Assembly (NCBI GenBank): GCA_964514725.1 | Contig: CAZEUL010000004.1 | Location: 66,881-130,880 of the forward strand | Direction of reading: 5' to 3' | From: an uncultured Rikenellaceae bacterium | Lineage (GTDB): Bacteria > Bacteroidota > Bacteroidia > Bacteroidales > VadinHA17 | Length of the DNA: 64,000 nt | In this document: piece after piece, positions 1-9,764 of the stretch | How the letters are laid out: every line of letters starts with the position of its first letter | Numbering within the stretch: position 1 is the first letter of the stretch | Made by a program: the position numbers and the translations under genes | The notes under the pieces: model-generated | Seen by the model: only the letters and a program-made list of their open reading frames with translations | Database searches by the model: none | Told to the model about the DNA's origin: nothing

Positions 1-2668
1 TGATGACAGATAGGTTCTTGTTTGCCGATAAAGGTGCCCCGTTTTCAGTTACCTGTAAAGCAGACTTTGCAGGTAGCAAAATTGTGGCTTTTGAATTTGC
101 AGGAATTTCGACCTTAACAATTATTGATTCTCCCTTTCTTTCCCATCCGGAATAAATATGTCCATACTGGCTTTCGAAAGAAGCTCTGGCGAAATCGAGT
201 TTATTGGTCGGGTGGGGTTGGATTAGAAGATTTCGGTACCCTGGAGTTAATGTTTCCAGTCCTGCAGATACCCTGTACATCCAGTCACCGATAGCTCCGT
301 ACGCATAATGATTGAATGAGTTCATTCCGGCATCCTGAAATGTACTATCAGGTTTCTGGCCATCCCATCGTTCCCATATTGTTGTTGCACCCATTTTTAC
401 CGGGTACAGCCAGGAAGGATATTTTTCCTGAACAAGCAGATCATAAGCAACATCTGTATACCCGTTTTGTGTTAGCACGTGGCATAGATATATTGTGCCA
501 AGAAATCCGGTTGAAAGATGATTACCTCTGCTTTTAATATCCTCAACAAGAAACTTAGCCGCTCTTGGTTTGATTCCATCAGATAAAAGTCCAAACATCA
601 AAGGAAGTACATAAGAAGTCTGGGAGTTAGTACCAATCCTTCCGGCTGGTGTTACATATTCATAATTGAATACTTTTTTAATTTTCTCAAAGATTTCAAG
701 GTAGTATTTTTCATCCTCTGCTTTACCAAGTTCTCTGGCTGTTTTGGCCAGGAGATTTGCTGAATATGCAAAATATGCGGTAGCAATAAAATCATGTTCC
801 GTATGACCGTCCGGTTCAGGGTGATTGTTTACCGGAGGATGGTAAAAAAGCCAGTCCCCATAAATGCTGCCCTTTTCCCAGATCATTTTTTCACCAGCCT
901 GCTTCACTATATAATCCACCCAGGCTTTCATGCTTGAATACTGATTTTCCAAAATCTGTTTATCACCATATACCATATACATAGTCCACGGTCCGATTAC
1001 TGCAACATCGCCCCAGCCGGCTGAGGTTTCCACTGTGGGTGATCCCTGCTTGTTAAGGACATCAGGTATAACTACGGGAACCTCCCCTCCGGGTCTTTGA
1101 TCAGCAGAAACATCCTTTAACCACTTTAAAAAGAATGAGTAAACATCATAATTAAATGCTGCAGTCCTGCTGAACGCCTGGGCATCACCAGTCCATCCAA
1201 GGCGTTCGTCACGCTGAGGACAATCGGTTGGGACATCAACGAAATTACCTTTCTGACCCCATTGTATATTATGCTGCAATTGATTAATAAGCGGATTTGA
1301 ACACTCATAGTTACCGGTCCGATTCATGTCTGAATGTACAACAACTCCCGTAAGATTGTCAACTGTAAGTTCTCCAGGAAATCCGGAAACTTCTGCATAT
1401 CTGAACCCCATAAATGTGAAGCGGGGCTCATATACTTCTTCGCCATCCCCCGACAGAATATATGTAAGCTGAGCCTTGGCCGTCCTGTAATTCTCAGTGT
1501 AGAATTCCCCATATTTATCGAGGACTTCTGCATGTCTTATAGTAACTACTGTACCCCTGGGTCCTTTAACTTTCATCCTCAACCATCCTACCATATTCTG
1601 CCCCATATCAACAACCAGGCTTCCTTTGGGGGTACGGAAGACTCTTAAAGGCTTGATCTCTTCAATCTTTCTGATCGGAACTCCCTCTGAAGAAACTATA
1701 TTGTTTAAAGCATAATTACCAATGACAACAGGAAACCAGCTTCTATCGTCATAACCAGGCATGTTCCAACCTGTTAGTTTTCTATTAGCATCATAAGTTT
1801 CACCATTATAAATGTCATTCATTACTATGGCGCCACCAATTATCCCTTTCCATGAGCCATCAGTAATTATCAGTGATTCTGAGCCATCGTTGTAAATTAT
1901 CTTAAGTTGCATAAGCAACCCAAGTCTCTTTCCATAAATTCCCCAGTTATTTCGCCATGCAAGTGTTCCTCTGTACCAGCCATCTCCAAGTATCGCTCCG
2001 ATCGCATTTTTACCGGTTGTAAGCATTGATGTCACATCATACACCTGGTACTGGAGACGTTTGAGGTATGATGTCCAGCCGGGTGTTAAAACCTGGTCTC
2101 CGACTTTTTTACCATTAAGATGCAACTCATAAAATCCATGAGATGTTACATAGACCCTGGCTGATTTCACAGGTTTGTTCAGTGTAAATTCCTTTCTCAG
2201 GTGTGGTGAAGGAGAGTAACGGTTTGTATCTGAACTGAGTTCAATCCATTGTGCTTTCCACCCTGTTGGAGATAATAATCCAGTTTCCCAGTAAGCAGTT
2301 TCACTCCACTTTGATTCCCGTCCTTTATTGTCCCAAACCTTTACCTGCCAATAATATCTTTGCCCGGGTTTAAGTACCTGTCCGTCATACCTGATAAGAA
2401 CGGATTCATCCGATTTCACTTTTCCAGACTGCCACACCAATTTTGAACCGGCCATTCTCTGATCAGTTCCGACACGGATTGAATATGCTGTTTGCATGAC
2501 ATTATATCCGCTTCCTTTAAGTTTCCATGAGAGACGTGGATTTAAGACATCAATCCCAATGGGATTCTTTTTATGCTCACAGGAAAGATCATACACCGAT
2601 AGTTCTTTTTGTGAATATACTGGTGCCGAAAAAATAAAGACGAGGGAGATTAATAAGAAAGACTTCAT
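1..2668 (-). CDS. alpha-L-rhamnosidase (glycoside hydrolase family 78); C-terminal end cut by the left window edge
   Basis: Absent from the ORF track because no stop codon lies in the window. Manual minus-strand translation from the ATG (complement of 2666-2668) reads MKSFLLISLVFIFSAPVYSQKELSVYDLSCEHKKNPIGIDVLNPRLSWKLKGSGYNVMQTAYSIRVG...YYWQVKVWDNKGRESKWSE, a signal peptide plus the GH78 N-terminal domain. The two stretches translated by hand (about 2260-2668 and 2-1020) share one frame. Between them only the absence of any competing long ORF was checked. The second stretch contains SAGWGDVAVIGPWTMYMVYGDKQILENQY, KMGATTIWERWDGQKPD and MNSFNHYAYGAIGDWMYR, the six-hairpin catalytic-domain pattern of bacterial GH78 enzymes. 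Confidence 0.9.
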   Translation of the reverse strand, partial: MKSFLLISLVFIFSAPVYSQKELSVYDLSCEHKKNPIGIDVLNPRLSWKLKGSGYNVMQTAYSIRVGTDQRMAGSKLVWQSGKVKSDESVLIRYDGQVLKPGQRYYWQVKVWDNKGRESKWSETAYWETGLLSPTGWKAQWIELSSDTNRYSPSPHLRKEFTLNKPVKSARVYVTSHGFYELHLNGKKVGDQVLTPGWTSYLKRLQYQVYDVTSMLTTGKNAIGAILGDGWYRGTLAWRNNWGIYGKRLGLLMQLKIIYNDGSESLIITDGSWKGIIGGAIVMNDIYNGETYDANRKLTGWNMPGYDDRSWFPVVIGNYALNNIVSSEGVPIRKIEEIKPLRVFRTPKGSLVVDMGQNMVGWLRMKVKGPRGTVVTIRHAEVLDKYGEFYTENYRTAKAQLTYILSGDGEEVYEPRFTFMGFRYAEVSGFPGELTVDNLTGVVVHSDMNRTGNYECSNPLINQLQHNIQWGQKGNFVDVPTDCPQRDERLGWTGDAQAFSRTAAFNYDVYSFFLKWLKDVSADQRPGGEVPVVIPDVLNKQGSPTVETSAGWGDVAVIGPWTMYMVYGDKQILENQYSSMKAWVDYIVKQAGEKMIWEKGSIYGDWLFYHPPVNNHPEPDGHTEHDFIATAYFAYSANLLAKTARELGKAEDEKYYLEIFEKIKKVFNYEYVTPAGRIGTNSQTSYVLPLMFGLLSDGIKPRAAKFLVEDIKSRGNHLSTGFLGTIYLCHVLTQNGYTDVAYDLLVQEKYPSWLYPVKMGATTIWERWDGQKPDSTFQDAGMNSFNHYAYGAIGDWMYRVSAGLETLTPGYRNLLIQPHPTNKLDFARASFESQYGHIYSGWERKGESIIVKVEIPANSKATILLPAKSALQVTENGAPLSANKNLSVI

Positions 2669-2793
2669 AGTGTAAATATTTTAGTTTAGGAAATTCGAGA
2701 ATTGAAATTTATCTATTTTTATCCGATTTCTGAAAAGTAAAATAACTAAATTTATACTTTTCATTGAAACATATTAAACAAATAGAACATTAA

Positions 2794-3822
2794 ATGAATC
2801 CAATTGCGGGGATATTGTTGATAGCTCTTGGCAGCATAGGTGCTGCAAGTTTCTATGTACCATTCAAAAAGGTAAGGGATTGGGCTTGGGAATCATATTG
2901 GCTCGCTCAGGGTATTGCTGCATGGCTCATAGCACCCTGGCTCTTTGCACTGATATTCATACCCAGTGGTGAACTTATACCTATCATTAAAGAAGCTCCG
3001 GGGTCTGCTAAATTTATGTCTGTTGTTTTCGGAATCCTATGGGGCTTTGGAGGATTGACATTCGGTTTGACCATGAGATACCTTGGTGTCGCCCTTGGCC
3101 AGAGTGTGGCACTTGGACTTTGCGCTGCATTCGGAACATTGATCCCCGCAGTAATCCAAGGTCAAAACCTCTTATCATCCAGACCTGGAATTCTTACACT
3201 TATAGGCGTTTCACTTACTGTTGCCGGGATAGCAGTAATAGGTTTTGCCGGAGCCCTCAAAAGCAAGGAGATGAGTGAAGAGGAAAAGAAAGCTGCAGTT
3301 AAAGAGTTTGCCCTTAAAAAGGGAATCCTGATTGCTGTTTTTTCAGGTATTATGAGCGCCTGTTTCAATTTTGGATATCAGGCCGGAAAACCTATTGAAG
3401 AAATTGCTTTAGCCCATGGTACAAATCCATTATTTCAGAAAAATCCAACTCTTATTTTCATTCTTTTAGGAGGATTTCTGACAAATCTGATATATTGCGG
3501 TTATCTTAACATCAAAAACAAAACTTATAAGGATTATTACTCATCATCAGGAAGAATATTTTTGAATAATCTCTTTTTTACTTTTCTTGCAGGCTTCCTG
3601 TGGTTCCTTCAGTTCCATTTCTTCGGTATGGGTTCAAGCAAACTGCCCCAGGGAATGGCAGTATTCGGATGGAGCATCTTAATGGCTCTTAATATCGCAA
3701 TAAGCAATATATGGGGAATAATCCTACATGAATGGAAGGGAGTAAGCAGAAAAACAATTGTTGTTCTTATTATCGGAATTGCTGTGCTTATACTTTCAAC
3801 TTTTGTAGTAAAACTAGGTTAA
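2794..3822 (+). CDS. rhaT: L-rhamnose/proton symporter RhaT
   Basis: 342 aa and polytopic (about 10 hydrophobic helices). The N-terminus GSIGAASFYVPFKKVRDWAWESYW parallels E. coli RhaT as I recall it ([24 protein letters not shown]). It is followed directly by rhaM and rhaA. Confidence 0.9.
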   Translation: MNPIAGILLIALGSIGAASFYVPFKKVRDWAWESYWLAQGIAAWLIAPWLFALIFIPSGELIPIIKEAPGSAKFMSVVFGILWGFGGLTFGLTMRYLGVALGQSVALGLCAAFGTLIPAVIQGQNLLSSRPGILTLIGVSLTVAGIAVIGFAGALKSKEMSEEEKKAAVKEFALKKGILIAVFSGIMSACFNFGYQAGKPIEEIALAHGTNPLFQKNPTLIFILLGGFLTNLIYCGYLNIKNKTYKDYYSSSGRIFLNNLFFTFLAGFLWFLQFHFFGMGSSKLPQGMAVFGWSILMALNIAISNIWGIILHEWKGVSRKTIVVLIIGIAVLILSTFVVKLG

Positions 3823-3832
3823 ACACATTATC

Positions 3833-4147
3833 ATGAAGAGATTTGCTTTTAAAATGAAATTATATCCTGGATTCAAAGAAGAATACATAAAAAGACATAA
3901 TGAAATATGGCCAGAGTTAGTCAAAATGCTTAAGAATGAGGGCATTGGAAACTATTCAATTTTCTTTGATGAGGAAACAAATATTTTGTTTGCATATCAG
4001 GAACAGTCAGGTGAAAGTTCCTCCCAGGATCTTGGTAAAACGGAAATCGTACAAAAATGGTGGGAATATATGTCAGATATAATGGAGACTAATCCTGATA
4101 ATTCTCCCGTTACTGTGCCACTCGAACAGGTCTTTTTTATGGAATAG
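3833..4147 (+). CDS. rhaM: L-rhamnose mutarotase RhaM
   Basis: 104 aa, the size typical of RhaM. It contains the pattern FKMKLYPGFKEEYIKRHNEIWPELVKMLKNEGIGNYSIF. It sits between rhaT and rhaA. Confidence 0.9.
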   Translation: MKRFAFKMKLYPGFKEEYIKRHNEIWPELVKMLKNEGIGNYSIFFDEETNILFAYQEQSGESSSQDLGKTEIVQKWWEYMSDIMETNPDNSPVTVPLEQVFFME

Positions 4148-4182
4148 ACTTATTTAAATAAATTATCTTATAAACTCAACTG

Positions 4183-5454
4183 ATGCTTATGAAAAAGGAA
4201 CATATTAAAAAATCATATCAGCTGGCAAAAGAACAGTATGCTGAAATGGGTGTAGATACCGACAATGTTCTTACTCAAATGGAGAAGCTCATCATTAGTC
4301 TTCACTGCTGGCAGACAGATGATGTGGGAGGATTCGAAAAAGAAGGAGCTGAACTTGGAGGTGGCGGTATACAGGCAACCGGTAAATTCCCCGGTAAAGC
4401 AAAGACTATCAAGCAGATGAGGGATGATCTTGATAAAGTTATGTCTTTACTTCCGGGAAAGCAGAGATTAAACCTCCATGCGATATACGGGGAGTTCGGA
4501 GGGAAAAAGGTCGACAGGGATCAGATTGAACTCAAACACTTCCAGGGATGGATTGACTGGGCAAAGAAAAGGGGAATTGGTCTCGATTTCAATTGCACAT
4601 GCTTTTCGCATCCTCTTTCTGACGACGGTTTTACATTATCAAGCAGGAATCCTAAAATCAGGAGATTCTGGATTGAACACACTAAGAGATGTCGCGCCAT
4701 TGCCGCAGAAATGGGAAAACAGCTTGGAACACCATCCGTTCATAATATTTGGATACCTGACGGATCAAAAGATACACCTGTCGATAGGTACACTCTCAGA
4801 AAGCTCCTTAAGAAATCTCTTGATGAAATCTTTGAAGTCAAATTTCCCAAAAAATACCTTAAGGATGCAATTGAAAGCAAACTCTTTGGGATTGGTTCTG
4901 AATCGATGGTTGTAGGATCGTACGATTTCTACATTGGTTATGCCGTGCAAAACAACAAAATGATAACTCTGGATAACGGACATTTTCATCCGACAGAACA
5001 GGTGGGAGATAAAATATCCTCAATACTTCTGTATATTGATGAAATTCTCCTTCACCTTACACGAGGCGTACGCTGGGACAGTGATCATGTTGTGATCCTG
5101 AATGATGAACTTATGCTGATAGCCCAGGAAATAGTTCGTGCACGGGCACTCGAAAGAATTAATGTCGGGCTTGATTTCTTTGATGCAAGTCTCAACAGGA
5201 TAGGAGCTTACGTAATAGGTACCAGAGCAGCCCAACAGGCTTTTATGAACGCTCTTCTCGAACCCACTGAAACTCTGATAAAATATGAGGAGAAAGGTAA
5301 AAACTTTCAAAGACTCTCGTTACTTGAACTTATGAAAACAATGCCCTTTGGAGCAGTGTGGGATTATTACTGCCTGATTAATAATGTCCCCGTGGGTCAG
5401 GAATATATTGAAGAAGTAATTAAATATGAAGAAGATGTTTTAAGTAAAAGATAA
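4183..5454 (+). CDS. rhaA: L-rhamnose isomerase RhaA
   Basis: 423 aa, colinear with E. coli RhaA (419 aa, recalled). Shared blocks are HCWQTDDVGGFE, GGIQATGKFPGKA, RLNLHAIY, GLDFNCTCFSHPLS, GTPSVHNIWIPDGSKD, ESKLFGIGSES, DNGHFHPTE, VRWDSDHVV and GLDFFDASLNRIGAYVIGTR. An alternative ATG lies at 4189. Confidence 0.95.
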   Translation: MLMKKEHIKKSYQLAKEQYAEMGVDTDNVLTQMEKLIISLHCWQTDDVGGFEKEGAELGGGGIQATGKFPGKAKTIKQMRDDLDKVMSLLPGKQRLNLHAIYGEFGGKKVDRDQIELKHFQGWIDWAKKRGIGLDFNCTCFSHPLSDDGFTLSSRNPKIRRFWIEHTKRCRAIAAEMGKQLGTPSVHNIWIPDGSKDTPVDRYTLRKLLKKSLDEIFEVKFPKKYLKDAIESKLFGIGSESMVVGSYDFYIGYAVQNNKMITLDNGHFHPTEQVGDKISSILLYIDEILLHLTRGVRWDSDHVVILNDELMLIAQEIVRARALERINVGLDFFDASLNRIGAYVIGTRAAQQAFMNALLEPTETLIKYEEKGKNFQRLSLLELMKTMPFGAVWDYYCLINNVPVGQEYIEEVIKYEEDVLSKR

Positions 5455-5496
5455 CAATTACTAAATCAAATCAGAAGAAGTTGGCAAAATCATAAT

Positions 5497-6864
5497 ATGA
5501 AGGAGAAAGTCATAGCGGTATTTGATATTGGAAAAACCAACAAGAAGTTACTTTTATTTAATTACAGCCTCAAACTTGTTTTAGAAAAAGAAACCAGATT
5601 CCCAGGTGAGCTTGATGATGATGGCTTCGAATGCGATAATATTGTCCTGATAGAAAAATGGGTTCAGGAAACCATACGTGCATTAGTTCGGTCCGATAAA
5701 TATGACCTGACTGCTGTAAACTTTGCAACATACGGAGCAACAATTGTTTATCTTAATTCTACAGGGAAGAGGTTCACACCGGTTTATAATTACCTGAAAC
5801 CGATGGATGAAAGGATACCTGAAAAGATTTACAAAAGGTACGGCGGACAGGATGAATTCTGCAGGAGAACAGCTTCACCAGCACTCGGAATGCTTAATTC
5901 AGGAATGCAGATCCTTTGGCTGAAATCAACAAAACCATCAGTTTTCGCACAGGTTACCCATATATTGCATTTTCCTCAGTATATTTCCTATCTTTTTACA
6001 GGAAAAATCTGCTCTGAACATACCTCTATCGGCTGTCATACGGGCCTGTGGGATTTTGATAACATGCAATACCATCCCTGGCTTGCTGATCAGAATATAT
6101 CGCTTCCCTGGCCTGTACCTGTAGAAACCAGTTACGATATTGAAATTGATGGTAAAATCATTAAGGTCGGAATCGGAATCCATGATAGCTCAGCATCACT
6201 GGCTCCTTATTTTACCGGTAAAAGGGGAAAATTCCTTCTTGCCTCAACTGGCACCTGGTGCATAAATATGAATCCTTTCAATTCCGAAAAGCTGACCACA
6301 ATGCAGCTTGATAATGATTGCCTTTGCTATATGAGTGTTAATATGGAGCCGGTTAAATCATCAAGACTCTTCCTCGGTAATATGCATGAGACCGGTGTCA
6401 AAATGCTTAATGAACACTTCAGAATTTCAGGAGAATATTATAAGGAAGTAAAATTTGATGCTGATCTGATCAGGATACTTAGGCAAAGATACAGCGGCGA
6501 TAAAAGGGTATTTTTTAACAGCGGACCCGGTTCAAGGGAATTCAGAGACAGAATAGATCTGTTTGAGTTCCGATCGTTTGAAGAAGGATATCACCAGCTA
6601 ATGATTGAACTGTCTGAACTTACTTACGAATCAATCAGACTGATACTTGCAGAAAATGATGAAACAGAAAACATTTATATTACAGGCGGATTTGCCAGGA
6701 ATCCTATATTTTTAAAGCTGATTGCAAAAGCATTTCCTGCAAAAAAGGTATATACTTCCGTAATAAAAAATTCAACCGCCCTTGGAGCAGCTCTGGTGAT
6801 GTTCAGCTCCCTCGAATCTGAACCTCCTCAACTTAATCTTGGATTGACCGAAATAACAATCTGA
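5497..6864 (+). CDS. FGGY/ASKHA-family carbohydrate kinase; by context the rhamnulokinase of the locus
   Basis: 455 aa. The N-terminal phosphate-1 loop is AVFDIGKTNKK and the C-terminal block is ITGGFARNPIFLKLIAKAFP...STALGAALV, typical of FGGY kinases. The rhamnulose assignment rests only on position after rhaT-rhaM-rhaA. Confidence 0.7.
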   Translation: MKEKVIAVFDIGKTNKKLLLFNYSLKLVLEKETRFPGELDDDGFECDNIVLIEKWVQETIRALVRSDKYDLTAVNFATYGATIVYLNSTGKRFTPVYNYLKPMDERIPEKIYKRYGGQDEFCRRTASPALGMLNSGMQILWLKSTKPSVFAQVTHILHFPQYISYLFTGKICSEHTSIGCHTGLWDFDNMQYHPWLADQNISLPWPVPVETSYDIEIDGKIIKVGIGIHDSSASLAPYFTGKRGKFLLASTGTWCINMNPFNSEKLTTMQLDNDCLCYMSVNMEPVKSSRLFLGNMHETGVKMLNEHFRISGEYYKEVKFDADLIRILRQRYSGDKRVFFNSGPGSREFRDRIDLFEFRSFEEGYHQLMIELSELTYESIRLILAENDETENIYITGGFARNPIFLKLIAKAFPAKKVYTSVIKNSTALGAALVMFSSLESEPPQLNLGLTEITI

Positions 6865-7139
6865 ACATATATAAGGTACCTGCGGCAAACTGATATGCCG
6901 AAAACTTTTTTCATGGTAGAGATATTATAATAATACCTGTATTAAAATAAATCAATGCTTGGTGAAAGAGCTATAAGGTATCTGTTTTTAAATTTTATTT
7001 AGAATCGTTAAAATGGATAGATTAACCTGTCAATCAAACAATTTGAAACCCCATGACACGTTACTGATAATAACCTGCCGAAAGCAGAGTAATTGGTTAA
7101 AACGATTAAATACATCAACTTGCAGAAATTCATATCCTC

Positions 7140-7574
7140 ATGAATGAGTCTAAAAGCAAATTAATTATGAAAACATCGTATTGCATTTTGTTTCTTGTAA
7201 TATCGGCTATATGTTTTGCCAGGACACAAGCACAGGAGTCAGTCCGTGACAACAAGGTAAAAAGTATTATAGTATATCAGGAAAAATATGATATGCTTGT
7301 CACCAGGAAATACAAAGAACTTGAACAATATTTTGACTCAAAAGGGAATCTGATTGAAGAGATCAATTACAAACAGGGCAAAATCACAAAACATTTTAAG
7401 TACCAATATGATGCTGATAACAATAAGATCAGGGAAGAAGAGTTTGATCCTTCAGGCAGAATAGTTGAATCGTCTGAATATAAATATGAAAAAGGACTTC
7501 GGATTGAAAAAACAGTTTATGATCAAAACAAGAAAATGAAATCAAAGAAGATTTACCAGTATACAACTTTTTAA
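7140..7574 (+). CDS. hypothetical secreted protein with YD/RHS-like short repeats
   Basis: The signal peptide is MKTSYCILFLVISAICFARTQAQ. Repeats of the Y-x-Y-D/E...G-x-I type are present (FKYQYDADNNKIREEEFDPSGRIVESSEYKYEKGLRIEKTVYD). Its stop codon (7572-7574) abuts the next ORF. Confidence 0.5.
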   Translation: MNESKSKLIMKTSYCILFLVISAICFARTQAQESVRDNKVKSIIVYQEKYDMLVTRKYKELEQYFDSKGNLIEEINYKQGKITKHFKYQYDADNNKIREEEFDPSGRIVESSEYKYEKGLRIEKTVYDQNKKMKSKKIYQYTTF

Positions 7575-7580
7575 TTGAAA

Positions 7581-8360
7581 ATGTTCACAGAACTAAACCA
7601 CTTATTGGATTGCTTTGATCCTCTCGGTCTTGATGATATTGACAGGGTGAGGCTTATGGACAGGATTGACACAAAATACGTCTTTCCGGTAAATAAAGTG
7701 GCAGATCTGCTTGATCTTATGAAACCTGACTACAAAATCCTTGAAATTAATGGACTCAGAATCTCTGAATATGAGACCATTTACCTCGACACTCCCGACT
7801 ATGTGTTTTTCAATCAGCACATAACAGGCAGAACCGGAAGATTAAAGGTAAGGTTCAGACAATATAGTTCAACGGGAATAACTTTTCTTGAGATTAAGAA
7901 GAAGACTAAAAAGAACAGGACAATAAAATGGCGCATAGAAAGTAAATTTTCTGATAGAGGAATTGACAATGCAGCATCTGAATTTATCGTTAGACATATA
8001 CCGGAATATAATGGCAAGCTCAGTCCGGTCCTGAGAAACAACTTTAAAAGAGCAACATTTGTAAACCTTAATGCACCTGAACGTCTGACCCTTGATATTG
8101 ATTTATCATTTGACAGAAACGGTAATATGAATGTTAATATGCCATACATCGCTATTGCAGAACTGAAAAGTGAAGTATTTGCTTCCAGGTCTTTCTTTTC
8201 ATTAATAACAAAGCAGCTTGGTATCTATCAGACAGGATTCAGTAAATACTGCATCGGCTCTGCATTTTTGTATGATCTGCCACGAAAGAATATATTAAAA
8301 CCAAAAATATTGTTTTTAAAAAGAATTGAAAATGAATGCAATGAATCTTTTTTTGCCTAA
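7581..8360 (+). CDS. VTC-domain (polyphosphate polymerase domain / CYTH-like triphosphate tunnel) protein
   Basis: Contains DRIDTKYVF near the N-terminus, then YETIYLDTPDY, RLKVRFRQY and TFLEIKKK. These are alternating basic-residue beta-strands, as in bacterial VTC-domain (PF09359-type) proteins. No TM segment is present. The ORF track starts at TTG 7575; the first ATG is at 7581. Confidence 0.75.
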   Translation: MFTELNHLLDCFDPLGLDDIDRVRLMDRIDTKYVFPVNKVADLLDLMKPDYKILEINGLRISEYETIYLDTPDYVFFNQHITGRTGRLKVRFRQYSSTGITFLEIKKKTKKNRTIKWRIESKFSDRGIDNAASEFIVRHIPEYNGKLSPVLRNNFKRATFVNLNAPERLTLDIDLSFDRNGNMNVNMPYIAIAELKSEVFASRSFFSLITKQLGIYQTGFSKYCIGSAFLYDLPRKNILKPKILFLKRIENECNESFFA

Positions 8361-9033
8361 ATCGATAAGTATTGCCGGTATAGATATTATTGACCTCCCC
8401 GGATTTTTCGAATTTGTTTTGAGGTTTTTTCTGAACATAGCAGTCATAATGGTACTTGTAAGATGGCTTTACTACTCAACAACACGTCGTAAAGATTACC
8501 TTTTTACCTATATCCTGATATCAACTGTGGTATTCCTTTTGTGCTTCCTTCTTGAAAGTGTCAAACTTCAGATAGGATTTGCATTAGGTATGTTTGCAAT
8601 TTTCGGAATTATCCGATACAGGACCGATGCATTGCCCATAAAGGAAATGACTTACCTTTTTCTTATTATAGGTGTTTCCGTGATTAATGCTCTTACAAAT
8701 ACCGAGACCAGCCTTGTGGATCTGCTATTTACAAACATTGTATTAGTTTTTATCACTTATGGACTTGAAAAACTCTGGCTTCTAAAACACGAATCTTCAA
8801 AGCTTATTATTTATGAAAAAATTAATCTCATTAAAGAAGATAAGCATGAAGAGTTGATTAAAGATCTTGAGGAAAGGACAGGCATAAAGAAAATCAACAG
8901 AGTGGAAGTCGGCAAGATAAATTTTCTCAGGGATGTATGTGATCTGACAATTTATTATTATGCCGACACTTCTTACAGAGGTAATGTATCAGAGAAAAAC
9001 CATCAGACAAATGATGATGAGGATGATGATTAA
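8326..9033 (+). CDS. DUF4956-like integral membrane protein
   Basis: Has four or five hydrophobic helices and the block IGFALGMFAIFGIIRYRTDALPIKEMTYLFLIIGVSVINAL, which I recognise as DUF4956, the usual partner of bacterial VTC-domain genes. The C-terminal tail is acidic (NDDEDDD). It overlaps the VTC gene by 35 nt; alternative ATGs lie at 8332 and 8341. Confidence 0.7.
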   Translation: MKMNAMNLFLPKSISIAGIDIIDLPGFFEFVLRFFLNIAVIMVLVRWLYYSTTRRKDYLFTYILISTVVFLLCFLLESVKLQIGFALGMFAIFGIIRYRTDALPIKEMTYLFLIIGVSVINALTNTETSLVDLLFTNIVLVFITYGLEKLWLLKHESSKLIIYEKINLIKEDKHEELIKDLEERTGIKKINRVEVGKINFLRDVCDLTIYYYADTSYRGNVSEKNHQTNDDEDDD

Positions 9034-9694
9034 AAAGGCAGCTTTATTTCTCTTTCTTCTTGGCAGTTATTGCCTTGCGTATTCCCGCAATGACGATTTT
9101 GGCATCTGGTACAATGCTTCAGGTGAAATAAAGATAATGAAGAGACTTGACCTGGAAATAACGGGCTGTGTAAGAACATTTAAAAATGCTTCTAAAGTTG
9201 ATGAACTCTTTGTTGAAGCAGGACTTGGATATAAACTAAATAAATATATTGCCGTAGGAGGGGCCTACAGGTTTGGAGAATTTTTTGAAGACGATGATTC
9301 ATACCATCCCAGGCATAAATGGTTTGCAGACGTCACCGGGAAACTGCCTATTGGTGATTTGAAGATTTCGGGCCGATTCAGGTTCCAGCAGCGATTCAAA
9401 ACATACTTTGAAGATGAAGAGGATAAAATCCCGGTGTCACATGCAAGAATAAAGGTTAAAGCATTGTATAACATTTCGTCCTTTCCTGTAAATCCCTATG
9501 TATCTGCAGAGGTATTTTGCCCTATGTTTACCGGGGCTGAAAGAAATATCGACAAGAACAGGTTTTTGTTAGGACTTGAATACAATATCTCAAAGAAGCA
9601 TTCAATTGATATTGAATATATGTTTCAGAGAGATTTTCTACCTCATATTAAGGATATTAATATTATTTCCGTAGGGTATAAGATTAATTTGTAA
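9023..9694 (+). CDS. putative outer-membrane beta-barrel protein (DUF2490-like)
   Basis: The signal peptide is MMIKKAALFLFLLGSYCLAYS. About ten amphipathic beta-strand segments follow (LEITGCVRTF, VEAGLGYKL, AVGGAYRF, ISGRFRFQQRF, IKVKALYNI, FLLGLEYNI, SIDIEYMF, IISVGYKINL). The ORF-track start at 8960 lies inside the previous gene, so I trimmed it to the Met run at 9011-9026. The family name is a weak recollection. Confidence 0.55.
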   Translation: MMIKKAALFLFLLGSYCLAYSRNDDFGIWYNASGEIKIMKRLDLEITGCVRTFKNASKVDELFVEAGLGYKLNKYIAVGGAYRFGEFFEDDDSYHPRHKWFADVTGKLPIGDLKISGRFRFQQRFKTYFEDEEDKIPVSHARIKVKALYNISSFPVNPYVSAEVFCPMFTGAERNIDKNRFLLGLEYNISKKHSIDIEYMFQRDFLPHIKDINIISVGYKINL

Positions 9695-9764
9695 CCCGGG
9701 CCATTATAATTTTATCAGAATCGTCTTATTTCATAATTTTATACAGACCATTAAAAGTTGAATT

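Noticed and set aside
4478-4915. 145-aa alternative-frame ORF within rhaA
   Set aside because: It is in the same strand but out of frame with an isomerase that aligns end to end with E. coli RhaA. It has no independent support.
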